Below, piece after piece: positions 62,101 to 64,000 of a DNA stretch of 64,000 nt. The notes beneath the pieces were generated by a model, which worked only from the letters and a program-made list of their open reading frames with translations, was not told the DNA's origin and ran no database searches. Origin of the DNA: Callorhinchus milii (lineage: Eukaryota); NCBI RefSeq assembly GCF_018977255.1, contig NW_024704742.1, forward strand, positions 56,918,001-56,982,000. The letters are read 5' to 3'. Within the stretch, counting starts at the first letter, position 1, and every line of letters begins with the position of its first letter. The translations under genes were made by a program, and so were the position numbers.

Positions 62101-63949
62101 AAACCACTCAGCCATTGTATGAATTTAATCTATAGTGAGGACTTAAAAAGATCCATTAGAAGTTCAGCATCATTGACTGTTTAAATGTCTCTTTAATCCT
62201 TTCTGTAGCTTTCTCCAATTACAGGACTGTTAGCATTTACAATAACAACTTGCACTTATATAGAGCCCTCCTCGCAGGATAGCATCTCAGAGCACTTAAC
62301 AGTGGCGGAGCCTGACTCCTAAGCCGGGGGTGGGGGAGGGAGGTGGCTGAAAGCACGATTGAAGAGGAAGGTTTTCAGATGAAACTTGAAATAGGGGAGA
62401 GAGGGACAAGGCAGAGGGATTGAGGGAGAGTGTTCCAGAGTTTCGAGACGTAGTGGCTGAAAGCGCAACCTCCCATGGTAGGGCGGAGGCTGCGAGGGAT
62501 GAGCAGGAGGCCGTTGCCAGTTGAGCGGAGGTGCCGGGTGGTGGATTGGGGAGCTAGTGGAGCTTGGCCAGAACTGGTGAGTTGTGGGTACGGAGTTTGG
62601 TCCGTGTAAGTATGTGTATTACTTAAAAGTAAAAGTATTACATTTATATAGTGCCTTTCACATTCGAACGACATCTCAAAGCACTTCACAGAATTGGCTC
62701 AGACCCCAAACTGGGGGTAGGGGGAGGAAAAGGGGAGGGGGTGAAAAAGGTGACCAAAAGCGTGGGGGAGAGGGGACAAAGTATTTAAGGTCTTTGTTAT
62801 CCAAATTCAGACAATTTTTTATCAAAGAAAGATCTGAGTTACCATCAATCATCAGCTAACAGGTGACCTTTCTGCCAAGATTTGCTGCACAACTTTCATG
62901 AGACATTTTCCGCAATAAAATGGAATTATTTCATCTAAATTCCATTGGAGCTCTAATGGAGGAGTGTAGGAATAAGAATGTGCAGAATCTACATAGCAAT
63001 GGATAGACTAATCATGCTCATCCACACTCCTCCTTCAATCTGCATGCTGGTTTACAGTAATAGGATTCAACAATGAGGGAAAAGAAACCTTACATCCATT
63101 TCCTTCACTCAGTAATATTGGAGTGGTTTAGGCAAGCACGTTCACTTAGCTTACAATAGCATCACTTCCAAAGCACACAGCAAAACAACACCCAATTTCA
63201 ATTCTCAATGCTATTCTGCCGGCCGGCATTCAAAGCTTCACCCAATTCCTCATGTTGCATTAATCCTTGGACACCACACCAACAGAACACCTTACTATTC
63301 CATAGGGCAGGCAAGTCCCTGTTGCCAATTTTCCATTTTCTTTCCGGCTTAAAGATAGTCAGCAGCTACCACAATGACGAAGCCCCTGATAAACGTCATA
63401 GTTACATAGAGTGATATGGCAGAGCCCAACTACTGTGTGCTGGTGTTTATAACTAAACACTGTGTCAGTCTTGAGCTAGAATTACAATCTTAAATATGAT
63501 GTTCTCTCATTTTCTAAAATGGATGGTAGTAAATGAGATAAGATTTGTGTTCAAGCATGCTTCCCACTGCACGACAACAGAACAGCAATGGCCACTGGTA
63601 ATTGCTGGCTGGGTTATCCCTGGTTCTTATCAACAACAGCTTGCATTTAAATAGCTCCCTATACTCAGGGTAGAGTCCCAAGCGACAACCTTATTGTGGA
63701 GAAAGAGGAATAAAATAGTCAATCTCACAATAAAATGTTTCACGTTTTATCTTCAATAAGGAACACCATAAGAAAAGTACAATGGTTGTATACTGCTGTG
63801 TTTATTGATAAACCCACCTCGCTGCTGCTAATGGTGGCTTTCCACTGCCCCAGGTTCTCACACCACCAGTCTGTCCGGGTAATGTGCTGCTGGAGGTCAC
63901 TGTGCTCCTTTTCCATCGTGCAGATTTCATCCCTCAGTTTTGTAACAAT
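41037..63949 (-). CDS. SNX25: sorting nexin 25, 3' portion (PX and Nexin_C/PXC domains); gene continues beyond the window end
   Basis: Exons 63949-63818, 59639-59502, 57477-57364, 56303-56139, 52403-52286, 49103-49037, 44447-44266, 42967-42867, 41117-41037 in continuous phase. Motifs [71 protein letters not shown]. Confidence 0.95.
41195..41760 (-). mobile_element. two adjacent or nested SINE copies
   Basis: (TAA)n ccttgcatttgatatagcgc tails at 41215 and 41523; bodies match the 23840-24017 and Deu-type SINEs. Confidence 0.7.
42867..42967 (-). CDS. SNX25: SNX25 exon
   Basis: tctag / gtgagt; [33 protein letters not shown]. Confidence 0.94.
43000..43345 (-). mobile_element. degenerate Deu-domain SINE
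   Basis: gacgggacctcagtataatgtctcatcc, reverse of the Deu core. Confidence 0.55.
44266..44447 (-). CDS. SNX25: SNX25 exon
   Basis: ttcag / gtgtgg; [29 protein letters not shown]. Confidence 0.94.
45695..45905 (-). mobile_element. SINE 3' half
   Basis: (TAA)n tail plus body matching 23830-24017. Confidence 0.7.
46610..46885 (-). mobile_element. tRNA-derived SINE with internal deletion
   Basis: reverse complement of the 23700-24017 family. Confidence 0.75.
47420..47670 (-). mobile_element. CR1 3' fragment
   Basis: gcagaaggaggccattcagcccatc, reverse of the CR1 tail at 26525. Confidence 0.65.
49037..49103 (-). CDS. SNX25: SNX25 exon
   Basis: ttccag / gtaagt; [21 protein letters not shown]. 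Confidence 0.93.
52286..52403 (-). CDS. SNX25: SNX25 exon
   Basis: ttcag / gtaagt; [31 protein letters not shown]. Confidence 0.94.
53411..53982 (+). mobile_element. solo LTR (572 bp) with 4-bp TSD AAAT
   Basis: TGTAA..CTACA termini, AAAT at 53407-53410 and 53983-53986, AATAAA 53904; splits a SINE tail. Confidence 0.75.
54810..54835. repeat. (GA)n microsatellite
   Basis: directly visible. Confidence 0.9.
54930..55360 (+). mobile_element. tRNA-derived SINE with duplicated A box, interrupted by an antisense L2 tail (55041-55180)
   Basis: ctgtagctcagt twice (54930, 54953); SINE body resumes at ~55183. Confidence 0.8.
55400..55790 (-). mobile_element. CR1-type LINE fragment
   Basis: [32 protein letters not shown]. 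Confidence 0.75.
56139..56303 (-). CDS. SNX25: SNX25 exon (end of PX domain)
   Basis: ttccag / gtgcgc; [34 protein letters not shown]. Confidence 0.95.
57364..57477 (-). CDS. SNX25: SNX25 exon (PX domain)
   Basis: ttgcag / gtaagg; [38 protein letters not shown]. Confidence 0.94.
58910..59350 (-). mobile_element. L2 3' fragment
   Basis: [28 protein letters not shown]. Confidence 0.8.
59502..59639 (-). CDS. SNX25: SNX25 exon (start of PX domain)
   Basis: ggcag / gtactc; [31 protein letters not shown]. Confidence 0.93.
59678..60340 (-). mobile_element. L2 3' fragment
   Basis: [20 protein letters not shown]; shared tail. Confidence 0.8.
61385..61575 (+). mobile_element. CR1 3' fragment
   Basis: FKRKL-like segment and tail similar to 26400-26560. 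Confidence 0.55.
62240..62580 (-). mobile_element. L2 3' fragment
   Basis: [20 protein letters not shown]. Confidence 0.7.
63818..63949 (-). CDS. SNX25: SNX25 exon
   Basis: tttcag / gtgggt; [32 protein letters not shown]. Confidence 0.94.
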
Positions 63950-64000
63950 CTGAAACAAACCATTAATAACATTTATTGTTCAGTACTGTTCTTCACACAC

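Overview
Eukaryotic, intron-rich vertebrate DNA. The repeat complement (L2/CR1 LINEs with (TTG)n tails, tRNA-head SINEs, Deu-domain SINEs) and compact introns suggest a cartilaginous fish, possibly a chimaera; this is inference. By reading splice sites and translating exons by hand I reconstructed four genes in the same order and relative orientation as human 4q35.1: UFSP2 (+, 12 coding exons, 168..12472), ANKRD37 (-, 21435..~14069), LRP2BP (+, 9 coding exons, 26886..37190) and the 3' part of SNX25 (-, last 9 coding exons, 63949..41037). Nearly all six-frame ORFs are exon read-throughs or retroelement debris. Most notable: (1) UFSP2 is intact and keeps its Cys/Asp/His/Tyr catalytic set, but several normally conserved motifs around the active site are altered (GGGVLAH>AGDRLAN, GWGC>DWGC, WIGS>WIGC, GWCGWK>GIDWK, RNPH>PKMH); (2) seven HIF-type RCGTG sites lie within ~400 bp upstream of ANKRD37, next to a ~270-bp NGCTG pentamer array; (3) LRP2BP has an RFX X-box promoter, a 5-nt first coding exon and an LTR-like element in intron 1; (4) a solo LTR with a 4-bp TSD is nested in a SINE tail. 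No prokaryotic systems, CRISPR arrays or bona fide rRNA/tRNA genes were seen. Comparisons with human proteins are from memory, not computed alignments.
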